DNA from: Gemmatimonadota bacterium | GTDB lineage: Bacteria > Gemmatimonadota > Gemmatimonadetes > Gemmatimonadales > GWC2-71-9 | Direction of reading: 5' to 3' | Assembly: GCA_039588295.1 (NCBI GenBank) | Contig: JBDHAB010000006.1 | Location: 18,358-82,357, forward strand | DNA: 64,000 nt | Shown here: piece after piece, positions 38,803 through 48,515 of the stretch | Layout: each line of letters opens with the position of its first letter | Position numbering within the stretch: the first letter of the stretch is position 1 | The notes under the pieces: model-generated | Seen by the model: the letters and a program-made list of their open reading frames with translations, nothing else | Told to the model about the DNA's origin: nothing | The model's database searches: none | Program-made: the position numbers and the translations under genes

Positions 38803-39621
38803 CTATCGCACCGTGCGAAACCAGGCCCAACCGGCGAGACCGGGCCCCAAGATCCAGAATCCCAGAGAGAGCATCGCGACGGCAACCGTCCCGATGATCC
38901 CGATTCGCTGTACAATACCGGCGCCGATGGGCCCGAGCAGGCTAAGGTCCGTGTCGAGCGTCGCAATGACACCCACGCGAAATGCTTCCACCGGATTCAC
39001 GAAGGTCCATGCCACCAGGGAGGCCTCCGGCAAACCCAGGCGAATGAATGCCGTGATGATCCCGAGGGAACCGAACGCCACCAGTACGAGCCACAAGACG
39101 ATGCCCACGGTCGTTGCACGAGCCCGCGTTCGGGCAATCGTGGAGAGACACATGCCGACTGCGACGAATGCGAGGGCGAGAAGGGCGACAAAGACGAAGA
39201 GGGCCATCACCCAATGGGGAGGGACACCGCGCAGCACCGCTACCCCACCGGCGGTACCGAAGCCGATCGTGAGCGACAGAAGCACGGCCACGCTCATGCC
39301 GGCCCACTTGCCCGCGTAGATCTCGCCAAAGGTCACCGGCTGAGCGAGGAAGTACTCGAGGGCTCCGGACTCGCGATCCTCGGTGATGGCGGCGGCGGCT
39401 GGAAACAAGGCCATGAGCGGTACGAACAGCAGGGCGATGTGGATCATTCCCGCGAAGGCTTTGGCGAAGCTGCGGTAGCCGACGATCGCAGTTGTCCCGG
39501 CTCCCAGCGTCACCAGCAGCAGTCCGCCGATGAAGAAGATCACGGAGTAAGCAAGGAACCAGCGGGCACGGAGTGACCCCGTGAGTTCCCGCCGCACCCA
39601 GAGCAAGAGGCGTGGCATCAC
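38803..39621 (-). CDS. nosY: ABC-2 type transporter permease (NosY-like)
   Basis: Six-TM ABC-2 permease; stop/start overlap with the upstream ATPase; part of the nos cluster. Confidence 0.7.
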   Translation of the reverse strand: MMPRLLLWVRRELTGSLRARWFLAYSVIFFIGGLLLVTLGAGTTAIVGYRSFAKAFAGMIHIALLFVPLMALFPAAAAITEDRESGALEYFLAQPVTFGEIYAGKWAGMSVAVLLSLTIGFGTAGGVAVLRGVPPHWVMALFVFVALLALAFVAVGMCLSTIARTRARATTVGIVLWLVLVAFGSLGIITAFIRLGLPEASLVAWTFVNPVEAFRVGVIATLDTDLSLLGPIGAGIVQRIGIIGTVAVAMLSLGFWILGPGLAGWAWFRTVR

Positions 39622-40565
39622 GGTTCCGTCAGCCCGTTGGTCACCGCGGTACCGTGTGTGCTGCTGTCCTCCCCGAGCACGTGCTCCAGGATCTCGTGCA
39701 GGGAAGGGCTGTCTACCCAGAAGTCTTCCACTGGAATCCCAGCCTCACGGAGCCCCACGAGGATACCTATTCGAGCCGTCTGATCGACTCTGACACCCAC
39801 GGCCGTTCCGTTTGCGAGGACTGGCGGCAACTGGCGTCGCGAGTGTAACCACGCCTCGGCGTGTGAACGACGATCCGCCGGCACCTTGATCCAGAGAACC
39901 GAAAGAGCGCCTAAGCGTTCGCGCAGGTCGGTCCGATCACCGTCGAACACGATGCGTCCTTGATGCAGCACCAGCAGGCGATCGGTGACCGCCTCCACGT
40001 CTGCCAGACGGTGCGACGCGAGCATGATCGTGGTTTGCGGGTCGGCGTTCGCGACAACTCGGAGGAACTCGCGCCGGGCTCGTGGGTCGAGGTTCGCCGT
40101 CGGCTCGTCCAGGAGTAGCAGCGGGTTTCGCTCTCCAAGCGCGAGTGCCAGGAGCACCTTCTGGAGCATACCACCCGAGATCGTGTGCAACGCTTTGTGT
40201 CCGTGATCGTCCATGGAGAGTCCCAGCGCCGCGAGCTTCTCGTGCACCATCGCGCTGTCAGCCTGTCGGAGGCGCGTGAGAAACTCGACCACCTCCCCGA
40301 GCGTACCGCTGAAGTGGGGTGCTCGTTGGGGCACGTACCCGATGAGCGCACGGGCGTCTCGACTGGCGGATCGCACGTTTCGGTCACCAACCCACAACTC
40401 GCCGCGGAATGGGACGAGGCCAAGCAGGCAGCGCAGGAGCGTCGTCTTGCCGGCGCCATTGAGGCCAAGGAGCGCGATCCGCTCGCCCGGTTGCACGGTG
40501 AAGTCGAGGTCCTGGAGTACCCAGTGACGGCCGAGCTGCGTCGCGAGCCCCGTCGCCCGTATCAT
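39618..40565 (-). CDS. nosF: ABC transporter ATP-binding protein (NosF-like)
   Basis: Walker A GLNGAGKTT, signature ISGGMLQKVLLALAL, Walker B LLLLDEPT. Confidence 0.8.
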   Translation of the reverse strand: MIRATGLATQLGRHWVLQDLDFTVQPGERIALLGLNGAGKTTLLRCLLGLVPFRGELWVGDRNVRSASRDARALIGYVPQRAPHFSGTLGEVVEFLTRLRQADSAMVHEKLAALGLSMDDHGHKALHTISGGMLQKVLLALALGERNPLLLLDEPTANLDPRARREFLRVVANADPQTTIMLASHRLADVEAVTDRLLVLHQGRIVFDGDRTDLRERLGALSVLWIKVPADRRSHAEAWLHSRRQLPPVLANGTAVGVRVDQTARIGILVGLREAGIPVEDFWVDSPSLHEILEHVLGEDSSTHGTAVTNGLTEP

Positions 40566-41938
40566 CGATGACCCGCCGCGGATCGTTTGAGGTACGGGAC
40601 GATCGCGCTGGCAATCACGGCGGCGGCAAAGAAGCCGGCCGCGGCGGGCAGCGACGACTTCTGCTCGCTGGGGCCGCCCGACCGGGTCGTGGCCACGAGT
40701 CTTGGCAGGGAGTCGACGACCACAGGCTCGGGTGCAAGTAGGGGAAACACGCGCCCCAGGAGATTAAGGGCGGTGGTGGCTAGAGACAGGTTGTAGAGTC
40801 GCAGACCCTGGTGTTTCGCAAACAGGTCGTCGGAGAGCCGCTCATACACGAACGGCATGTCGCCATGCCCGTCTCCGTCGGCATCGAACCCCACGTAGTC
40901 GCTCCAGTAGTTCTCAAGCCAACGATTGCGGAGTGCGGTGCCGCCACCTGCCACGGCCACGGGTTGCACGTTGTCAATGAACTGGTTTGCGCGGAAGACG
41001 TTTCCGTGCACCGAAGGAAGCATTGCCACCGCGACATCGTTGTACGCCACGACGTTGTCTTCGAACTGGTTGCTGGCCCGCTCGGACGACGGGGAGTTGT
41101 CCAGCGAGATCCCCACGGCGTTCTTGATCATGAAGTTCCCAACCGCTCGGATATCATCGGAGTCCTTGAAGCCGATGCCGCGTCCAGTCGTGCCTTTCGC
41201 ATGGGCGAACACATTCCCCCGGAAGGTGATGCCCCGCGAGTACATGATGAACGCGCCGACGCGATTGCCGTGAAACGCGTTGTCTTCAAACACATTGTGA
41301 TCGCTGTACATGTAGTGCAGACCGTAGCGACTGTCCTGCACCTGGTTGCCCCGGATCAGCGTACTATCCGAAAACCAGATCACCAGGTCGCGGACGCGGT
41401 CCAAGCGATTGTCAGTGACCGTGCCGTTGTGGCTGTACCAGAAGTGGATCCCGTCACCGCGCAGCGGGAGCGCCAGGTTCTTTCCCTCGATGCTGTTTCG
41501 GCGGACGATCGCATTGTGGCACTGCTTGAGATAGATCCCGAACAGCACATCCTCGAATTGGTTGTCCTCGATGCGCACGGCATCGGCCCCGTCCGCGATG
41601 ATTCCGGAATCTTCCCGAGATTGATCGCTACCTGACCCACGAATCACGAACCCACGGACCGTCGCCGATGCGCGGATCACGATGACGCTGCCTCGCCCAT
41701 CTCCTTCGATCACGGTCCCGGGCTCGCCCACGAGCACCACGGGGCGGTCCAGCAGGAGGTGTTCGTGATACGTGCCGGCTGTGACGACGATGGTGTCGCC
41801 CGGCGCCGCTGCTTGCAGTGCATCCCGAATGGTGGCGTGGTCGCCCTGCGGGCCAACCGTGAGTTGTGAGGCCTGAAGTGCCAGGAGAGCAGCGTAGACG
41901 ATCACGTTACGCCGTCTTCTTGAACCGCCGCCACTCAA
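40562..41938 (-). CDS. nosD: Periplasmic copper-binding parallel-beta-helix protein NosD
   Basis: Repeated NxxxxN beta-helix turns (IRGNQVQDSRYGLHYMYSDHNVFEDNAFHGNRVGAFIMYS...); directly downstream of nosZ/nosB and upstream of nosF/nosY. Confidence 0.85.
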   Translation of the reverse strand: MSGGGSRRRRNVIVYAALLALQASQLTVGPQGDHATIRDALQAAAPGDTIVVTAGTYHEHLLLDRPVVLVGEPGTVIEGDGRGSVIVIRASATVRGFVIRGSGSDQSREDSGIIADGADAVRIEDNQFEDVLFGIYLKQCHNAIVRRNSIEGKNLALPLRGDGIHFWYSHNGTVTDNRLDRVRDLVIWFSDSTLIRGNQVQDSRYGLHYMYSDHNVFEDNAFHGNRVGAFIMYSRGITFRGNVFAHAKGTTGRGIGFKDSDDIRAVGNFMIKNAVGISLDNSPSSERASNQFEDNVVAYNDVAVAMLPSVHGNVFRANQFIDNVQPVAVAGGGTALRNRWLENYWSDYVGFDADGDGHGDMPFVYERLSDDLFAKHQGLRLYNLSLATTALNLLGRVFPLLAPEPVVVDSLPRLVATTRSGGPSEQKSSLPAAAGFFAAAVIASAIVPYLKRSAAGHR

Positions 41939-42518
41939 GGAACACGACCACCGGGCCGATCAGTCCGGCGATGCCCATGAGGATCGCTCCCAACGCAGGC
42001 CAGCTCGAGACGGAGAACTGCCCGACGGCGGTCGGTCCGATGAAGTGCGGGGTGAACGGGTCGATCTTGAGCGGGGCCGTGGGAGAGAGGTCGTGGCCGT
42101 ACTCGTACAGCCAGTGTTGCAGAGTGTACAGCATGACCGCACCGAACAGGACGAAGTCCATCCAGCCGAGTGCGGCGATCGGCATCCGGCCGATCAGCGC
42201 CGTGAGGAGCGCGAACGCGAAGAACCGCAGAATGAAGAATGGGATGAAGCGAAACTCCGGAAACTCGTCGGCATCGATCTCCTTCATCCCGATGTAGTGA
42301 TTGAGCAAGTTCACTTCGGAGACATCGCCCTCGACGGTAGTCGGGTGAATCATGACCGCGAGCCCATCCGGGTACTGCGGGGCGCGCAACGTGATCCGCC
42401 ATGTCGGGAGGAATGCAGCGGGGAGAATCGCGAGCGTTGCCGCGACGATCAACACACGGCTCGTATATGACAGTTGAGTTTGAAAGAACGTCGTGATCTT
42501 GTCCATGGATTCCATCAT
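41907..42518 (-). CDS. nosB: Integral membrane protein in the nosB position of clade-II nos clusters
   Basis: Four to five TM helices; sits between nosZ and nosD; start placed at ATGATG (42513-42518) preceded by AGGAGA. Confidence 0.55.
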   Translation of the reverse strand: MMESMDKITTFFQTQLSYTSRVLIVAATLAILPAAFLPTWRITLRAPQYPDGLAVMIHPTTVEGDVSEVNLLNHYIGMKEIDADEFPEFRFIPFFILRFFAFALLTALIGRMPIAALGWMDFVLFGAVMLYTLQHWLYEYGHDLSPTAPLKIDPFTPHFIGPTAVGQFSVSSWPALGAILMGIAGLIGPVVVFLEWRRFKKTA

Positions 42519-42620
42519 CGAGATTCTCCTCATTGGAGCGGCGGGGCCCCAGTGCCCCTCCACCCACCGTGCGGGAGGGCGGATCGTGGGTGGAGGGGTG
42601 TGTGTCGAGCTACGAGGTCG

Positions 42621-44579
42621 TTATCGTGGCTCGACCAAGAGATAGCCCGCCATCTCGAGATGGAGCGCGGAGCAGAACTCCGTGCAGTAATACGGGTAGA
42701 CGCCCGGCGCGTCGGCAACGAACGCCACCGTCTCCGATTCGCCCGGTTCCAGGCTCAGGTTGATGTTGTATTTTGCGATTCCAAATCCATGGGTGGCGTC
42801 GTGTGCCGTCTCGACACTGGTGATGTGAACGATGACACTGTCGCCCTCACGCACGCGTACCCGCTCGGGATTGAAGTGCGAGCGTATCGCGGTCATGTAG
42901 ACGTGTACGGTGTTGCCTCGACGTTGGATTCGCTCTTGTCCAAGCTGCACCGCGTTGGCGGACGGCCCCATGGTTCCCGGGCTGTATCCGACCTGCGGGT
43001 ACACCCGAAACGGCTGCAGTTTGTCGGTCTTGATCATCTGCGCGTAGTGCGGCTCCCCGATGCCGATGGGCATGTCGTAGAGCAGCTGCATCTTGTCGCC
43101 CGAGATGTCGATGAGCTGGAAGTTCTGCGGCAGGAGCGGCCCCACATCGTTGAAGCGGTCGAGCGACCACTTATCCATCGCGATGAGGTACTTGCCGTCA
43201 GGCGACTTGGTGTCGCCCTCCGCCGTGGCAAGGTGGCCGACGTTGTAGTGCACGCCGATCGTGTCCAGCCACTGGAGCGGATTGAGGCTCCACTTCGTGA
43301 CTTTGGTGTCGAGGAAGATGGACGTGTAGGCGTTCCCCTTGTCGTCGAACTGGGTGTGTAACGGTCCCAGGCCTACCTCGAGCTGACCGTCGAGCACCGA
43401 GGCGAAGTCGAGGATCGGCACACCGTACGCGTCGTTGCCGCTGAAGACCTGATTCTCGATTGCCTGCTGGATCTTCTCCCACGAGTAGACGGTGACGTGG
43501 GGATCGAGCTTCCCGGATACGACGATGAAGCGGCCGTCTGGCGTCACGTCGGCACCGTGTGGGCTCTTGGGTTCCGGAATGAAGAAGAGAATCCCCTCGT
43601 CGATCGCCGTCTGGAGCGGAATCACCCGCTGGCCGCGTGCCATCCGAGTGTTGCCGGCGGTGGCCGCAATCTCTGCCGCCTTCTGCCAGTTGATGACGTG
43701 CATGTAGTCCATGTCATTGGCGGACGCACCGGCCTCGAACGCGGGGTTCCCGCTCTCGATGCCCCCGGTGGCCATTTCGGTATTGAACGAATTGAGGAAC
43801 GCCCATCCGAAGGACGGTCCCTTGCCGGCATCGGAGAGATCGTGCCAGTACGGGGGAAGCTCGATCGAGAACGACGCGGCCTCGTCGATTCGCCCGCGGT
43901 CGCGGTCGAACTTCCACATCGTGATCAGCCCTCGATAGTCCTGCTCGTACCGATCGAGTTCGGCATAGTCGACCCACAGCGGCACCGAGTACTGCGCGCC
44001 CTCGATCACGTACTCGGTGTTGGGTGTGACGAAGGCTCCACCGTGGTTGGTGCCCATGTTCGGATTGGTCACGATCTGCTTGGTCTCGAAGTCCCGCAGA
44101 TCGATGACCGCGATGCGCGGATTGGCCTTGTCGTTGATGAACAGGAACTGACCGTCGTAGTCCGCGTCGGTCTCGGACAGGGCAGGATGGTGCGTATCAC
44201 CCCAGGTGATCTCATGGCCAGCCATGCGTCCGCTCGCCATGAGCTCCTTGTGCTCCTCGGCGCCGTACCCGTATCCCTGCCAAGGCTCCGGTGTGAACGC
44301 CGCGATCACCTTGAGCAGGCGCATGGAGGGAACCCCGATGACCAGGACTTGGCCCGAGTGTCCGCCAGACGAGAACAACATGTACTCGTCCATCTGGCCT
44401 GTCGGCTGATAGGTTTTGAGTGCGGCCACCATGTCCGCGTCGGTCAGGCCTCGATTCCGGGCGATGGAGCCGAGATCGGCGCTGCCTCCCGGCGTGGCGC
44501 AGGATCCCATCCCGGCAACGATGACCACAGTGATGGCTACGGTGAGGGCGAGTCCCCACCCCAATCTCTTGGATTGCAT
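42621..44579 (-). CDS. nosZ: Nitrous-oxide reductase NosZ, clade-II-like (Sec-type lipoprotein signal)
   Basis: Signal peptide with lipobox-like GMGSC (not a Tat motif); beta-propeller CuZ domain with conserved His; C-terminal cupredoxin CuA site HGFGI...YYCTEFCSALHLEM. Confidence 0.9.
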   Translation of the reverse strand: MQSKRLGWGLALTVAITVVIVAGMGSCATPGGSADLGSIARNRGLTDADMVAALKTYQPTGQMDEYMLFSSGGHSGQVLVIGVPSMRLLKVIAAFTPEPWQGYGYGAEEHKELMASGRMAGHEITWGDTHHPALSETDADYDGQFLFINDKANPRIAVIDLRDFETKQIVTNPNMGTNHGGAFVTPNTEYVIEGAQYSVPLWVDYAELDRYEQDYRGLITMWKFDRDRGRIDEAASFSIELPPYWHDLSDAGKGPSFGWAFLNSFNTEMATGGIESGNPAFEAGASANDMDYMHVINWQKAAEIAATAGNTRMARGQRVIPLQTAIDEGILFFIPEPKSPHGADVTPDGRFIVVSGKLDPHVTVYSWEKIQQAIENQVFSGNDAYGVPILDFASVLDGQLEVGLGPLHTQFDDKGNAYTSIFLDTKVTKWSLNPLQWLDTIGVHYNVGHLATAEGDTKSPDGKYLIAMDKWSLDRFNDVGPLLPQNFQLIDISGDKMQLLYDMPIGIGEPHYAQMIKTDKLQPFRVYPQVGYSPGTMGPSANAVQLGQERIQRRGNTVHVYMTAIRSHFNPERVRVREGDSVIVHITSVETAHDATHGFGIAKYNINLSLEPGESETVAFVADAPGVYPYYCTEFCSALHLEMAGYLLVEPR

Positions 44580-44622
44580 GCTAAGGAACTCCTGAGTTGG
44601 TGACAGCTGAGACTTGCACGGG

Positions 44623-44643
44623 ATGATAATACGATATTATCAT
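44623..44643. promoter_or_regulatory. Perfect 9-3-9 inverted repeat ATGATAATA-cga-TATTATCAT in the AT-rich nosZ / Rrf2 divergent intergenic region; operator candidate
   Basis: Palindrome read directly; the only AT-rich island in the 127-bp divergent promoter region. Confidence 0.4.
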
Positions 44644-44706
44644 GTGTATGTCAGAATATAGCGGTGGTCGCTCCGCCTGCAACCCCTAAGTCGAGGCATC
44701 ACACGG

Positions 44707-45135
44707 ATGCTGTCCGGTACCGCCCAATACGCCCTTCGAGCGGTAGTCTGCCTGGCCCGGCAGCCTCGGGAGAGTACGGTAACCGCGACAGATCTGGCCA
44801 ACGCAGTGGATGTTCCCAGGAATTACCTGGGGAAGATCCTGCACGAGCTGGTTCGAGCAGGCATCCTCATGTCGTTGCGAGGCAAGCACGGTGGGTTCCA
44901 GCTCGCGATGGGGTCGGAGGACCTCCCACTCATCCGCATCGTGTCGCTGTTCGACGAGATCGGTGAGCAGCGTACGTGCCTCCTCGGGCGGGCAGAGTGC
45001 TCCGACCGTGACCCATGTCCCATGCACGGCCGGTGGAAGGCGACGGCGGAGGAGATCACCAACTTCTTCGGCCACACCACGATTGCGGATGTGCTTGGCC
45101 AACCCGACCCGAGCGGACGCCGGAGTGGCGTATGA
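44707..45135 (+). CDS. Rrf2-family transcriptional regulator (NsrR/IscR-like, three-Cys cluster ligands)
   Basis: wHTH N-terminus (LSGTAQYALRAVVCLA); Cys ligands in CLLGRAECSDRDPCPMH; divergent from nosZ. Confidence 0.75.
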   Translation: MLSGTAQYALRAVVCLARQPRESTVTATDLANAVDVPRNYLGKILHELVRAGILMSLRGKHGGFQLAMGSEDLPLIRIVSLFDEIGEQRTCLLGRAECSDRDPCPMHGRWKATAEEITNFFGHTTIADVLGQPDPSGRRSGV

Positions 45136-45461
45136 AGAGCAGGGACGGCAGCGCCGGCAGCGTCGTGCGACTCGGCGAGCTCGTTGACTACCAAGCTGGG
45201 GCCATCGTCAGCAAGATCCTTCTCAAGACTGCCGCGGGTTCGGTCACGTGCTTCGCCTTCGACCAGGATCAGGGTCTCAGCGAACACACGGTTCCGCATG
45301 ACGCGTTGGTCTACATGCTGGACGGAGAGGCAGATGTCACCGTCTCCGGTGTGGTCCATCATCTCGTGGAGGGCGATGGACTCGTCATGCCGGCCAACCA
45401 ACCGCACGCCCTGCATGCCGACACACGCTTCAAAATGGTGCTGACCATCTTGCACGCTTGA
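45132..45461 (+). CDS. Cupin-domain protein
   Basis: Cupin motifs (G..H.H...E..YMLDGEADVTV... GDGLVMPANQPHAL); ATG overlaps the rrf2 stop (ATGA). Confidence 0.55.
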   Translation: MKSRDGSAGSVVRLGELVDYQAGAIVSKILLKTAAGSVTCFAFDQDQGLSEHTVPHDALVYMLDGEADVTVSGVVHHLVEGDGLVMPANQPHALHADTRFKMVLTILHA

Positions 45462-45485
45462 TCGCGGGCCGCGGGAACTCCACCC

Positions 45486-45926
45486 GTGGCTCGGCGGTTC
45501 ACTGGCGGGAAAGAAGGTCACATGGTCCGTGGGCAGATCCAGTTCACCGAGGGGCTGCTGCGGCTGCCCATTCGGATTCAACTCTGGCTGCTGCTCCTCG
45601 GCGGCATCAATCTCGTCGTGCCGCTCTTCTTTCTCGATCGCCTGGAAGCCAGGCTCACGCTCGGCGCGTTTCTGGTGGCCATGACGCTGATGGCCCTCCT
45701 CACGCAGCGCTGGGGCTTCACCCGCATCCTGGGACTGGGCCACGTCGTGTGGTTCGCGCTGCTCCCCTTCCTGTGGACCCGGCTCGATACCGACTTACCC
45801 AACGACCTCTTCGGAATCTGGATCCGGGCCGTGCTCATCCTGAACGCCATCTCACTGGCGTTCGATGTGGCCGACGTCGTCCGCTACGCTCGCGGCGATC
45901 GAGCGAAGCTGGTAGCCGGGCTCTAG
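45486..45926 (+). CDS. Small membrane protein (hypothetical)
   Basis: Four predicted TM segments; no family recognised. Confidence 0.4.
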   Translation: MARRFTGGKEGHMVRGQIQFTEGLLRLPIRIQLWLLLLGGINLVVPLFFLDRLEARLTLGAFLVAMTLMALLTQRWGFTRILGLGHVVWFALLPFLWTRLDTDLPNDLFGIWIRAVLILNAISLAFDVADVVRYARGDRAKLVAGL

Positions 45927-45954
45927 CCTCCCAGTCCTCTCCTCCCGTATCCTC

Positions 45955-48336
45955 TCACGGCAGGTGGAACAACCGAGCGACCACCCCGGCCCCCGTTGCA
46001 CCCGCGTGCGCGAACCCAAGATGCAGTGACTGCCCGCCGCCGGTCTGAAAGAACTGCACCGTGATCGGGTGGTACCCGGCGGCAAGCCCGATCATCCCCG
46101 ACTTTTCGCTGGTCCCATGCAACCCGTCGTGGTCGACAACCATCTCATCGCCGATGAGCAGTCTGCTCCCGTCGTCGGACGACAGGAAGAACGTGTAGAT
46201 CCCGTCAACGGGTACGAAGACGTACCCGTTGAAGACCAGGCCGAAGTTCTCCTCCCGAGCGAAGCCTTGGATCTCAACGTCCGCGGCGACTCCCTCACTG
46301 ACTGGACGCATGTCTGCCAGCTGTTCGACTGACCTCACCCGGCCGTCGTACTCGTAGTAGGCATACCGCAAGCCTGTCTCGACGGGTTCGTCCAGCGTGG
46401 TGGCCGCACGAAGCGTGGTCTTTCTGAAGGTGGCGCTCCTGGGAGCACCGGCTCGTCCGTTGGGGAGGAACAGACGCGCGGTGACCGTTACGCCCGTTTC
46501 GTTCACCGGGAGTCGGATCGACCCCGTGTATCGCGGCGCCGTCGGGTTCGGGTCCGTCCCATCGGTGGTGTAATGAATGCGCCCGTCGCTCATGAGGGAC
46601 TTGAGCGTCACCGTGATTTCATCGTCGAGCGTGAGTGCGTCCTCCTCCAGCCCGGCGACGTTGGGAATGCGGTAGCGCACGCCGAGGCCGTCGAGTCTCT
46701 GGAAGTGGGCCGGGAGGCGATTGGTGAAATGCTCCCAATCGCGGTGCCCTTTGGCGGACCACACGACCTCCGACAGCGCGAGGAGTCGCGGCGCGACCAT
46801 GTACTCGACGTAGTCGGTTGTGGTCATGTACTCGGTCCAGACGTTGCCCTGCGCACCGAGCACGTGAACGGCCTCGTCCTCGGTGAGCGCCTCCGGGACG
46901 GGCTCGAAGGCGTACACATGCTCGAGCGGACTGTAGCCCCCGATGGCGAGGGGCTCGAACTCGGGATCGCCCTGATAGTAGTCAAAGTACACGTGACTCG
47001 TTGGAGTCATGATGACATCGTGGCCCTGTCTCGCGGCATCGATGCCGCCTTCCATGCCCCGCCACGACATCACGGTCGCCTCGGGCGCGAGCCCACCCTC
47101 GAGGATCTCGTCCCAGCCAATCAGCCGCCGCCCGTTCGACAATAAGAACCGCTCGATTCGTCCAATGAAGTAGCTCTGGAGCTCGTGTTCGTCGGCGAGC
47201 CCCTCACGCCTGATCAGCTCCTGTGCAACCTCGCTTGCTTCCCAGCGGCTCTTCGGTGCCTCGTCGCCACCGATATGGACGTACGTACCCGGGAACAGCT
47301 CGATGACCTCCGTGAGGACATCCTCGAGGAACGCGAACGTCTCTTCTTTGGGGCAGTAGATGTCTTGGGTCACGCCCCACCTGGTGGAAACTTCGAAGGG
47401 GCCCTCGGTGCAGGCCAATTCCGGGTACGCTGCCAGCGCGGCAACGGAGTGTCCGGGCATCTCGATCTCGGGGATCACCGTGACGTAGCGTCGCAGTGCG
47501 TGGTCCACGACTTCCCGGATTTCCTCCTGCGTGTAGAACCCGCAGTAGGGTATTCCATCGCCGACGAACGGATCGAAGTTCTTCTCGACGATCGTCTCCT
47601 TGCGGCAGGAGCCGATCTCAGTGAGCCGGGGGTACTTCTCGATCTCGATCCGCCATCCCTGGTCTTCGGTGAGATGCCAGTGGAAGGTGTTCATCTTGTA
47701 CATGGCAAGCAGGTCGATGTACTTCTTGACGAATTCGACGGGGAAGAAGTGGCGGCCGACGTCGAGGTGCATGCCGCGGTAGCTGAAGCGAGGGATGTCC
47801 AGAATCTCGACTGCCGGGATGCCGCGCGCCGCAGCGGCGGCGCCGACCTCCGGTGGCAGCAGTTGACGCAGCGTTTGTAACCCGTAGAAGAGCCCGGCCC
47901 CGGTGGGTGCGGAGACCATGATGGACTGTGGCGTCACCTCCAACACGTACTGCTCGGGGTGGGCCCGGGTCTCGCCTTTCCAGAGGAGGAGCGCCACGCT
48001 GCCAGGTATGGGCTGCGTGACCGGGTCGGATGCGACATCCAGACGGACGTCCCATTCGTCAGCGAGCAGCGTGGCGGTGTAGGCAGCGAGTTCGCGGAGT
48101 CCCGGGTCCTCCGGGTCAGACAGGACGATGCTCGAGAGCGTGGCGAGCGGTAGTGTGCCCCGGGCCGGCGCGACCTCGGCGGGCCATGGAACAAGGTGCA
48201 AATCCTCGATGCTGGTCATGGCTCCGGTCGCTTCCGGTGTGGGCGGTGGCGCCGGGTCCACGTCGGTGGTTCGAGCGCTGCACGCAGTGATCAGGGCGAG
48301 CAACGTCGCGCCGGCCAGATGGTCCATTCCACGCAT
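45955..48336 (-). CDS. Lipoprotein beta-N-acetylhexosaminidase (GH20) with C-terminal PA14-like domain
   Basis: Lipobox LITAC; GH20 catalytic region RGMHLDVGRHFFPVEFVKKYIDLLAMYKMNTFHWHLTEDQGWRIEI and HIGGDE; C-terminal GDEMVVDHDG... PA14-like. Confidence 0.8.
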   Translation of the reverse strand: MRGMDHLAGATLLALITACSARTTDVDPAPPPTPEATGAMTSIEDLHLVPWPAEVAPARGTLPLATLSSIVLSDPEDPGLRELAAYTATLLADEWDVRLDVASDPVTQPIPGSVALLLWKGETRAHPEQYVLEVTPQSIMVSAPTGAGLFYGLQTLRQLLPPEVGAAAAARGIPAVEILDIPRFSYRGMHLDVGRHFFPVEFVKKYIDLLAMYKMNTFHWHLTEDQGWRIEIEKYPRLTEIGSCRKETIVEKNFDPFVGDGIPYCGFYTQEEIREVVDHALRRYVTVIPEIEMPGHSVAALAAYPELACTEGPFEVSTRWGVTQDIYCPKEETFAFLEDVLTEVIELFPGTYVHIGGDEAPKSRWEASEVAQELIRREGLADEHELQSYFIGRIERFLLSNGRRLIGWDEILEGGLAPEATVMSWRGMEGGIDAARQGHDVIMTPTSHVYFDYYQGDPEFEPLAIGGYSPLEHVYAFEPVPEALTEDEAVHVLGAQGNVWTEYMTTTDYVEYMVAPRLLALSEVVWSAKGHRDWEHFTNRLPAHFQRLDGLGVRYRIPNVAGLEEDALTLDDEITVTLKSLMSDGRIHYTTDGTDPNPTAPRYTGSIRLPVNETGVTVTARLFLPNGRAGAPRSATFRKTTLRAATTLDEPVETGLRYAYYEYDGRVRSVEQLADMRPVSEGVAADVEIQGFAREENFGLVFNGYVFVPVDGIYTFFLSSDDGSRLLIGDEMVVDHDGLHGTSEKSGMIGLAAGYHPITVQFFQTGGGQSLHLGFAHAGATGAGVVARLFHLP

Positions 48337-48515
48337 CGTCTCTTCTCCTCAGAGGGTCAGGGCGGCTCGGGGAATTCTACTGCCTTGCCGGCGTCTGCAC
48401 AGGGTCGGCGCTGAGGGGCGGCGCTGCCTGCGGCAGCCGTGGGGCCGCCCTCGAGTGCCGAACGCGCTATCTTCCATCCTCGTCCGAGGCCGGTCGTCGA
48501 CCGCGCCCCCGACCG

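Noticed and set aside
48337-48515. Possible ZTP (pfl) or purine riboswitch upstream of purL
   Set aside because: The leader is GC-rich and contains GGGTCGGCG, but I could not recognise the conserved pfl-motif pseudoknot elements or a purine-riboswitch three-way junction by eye. Would need Infernal/Rfam to decide.
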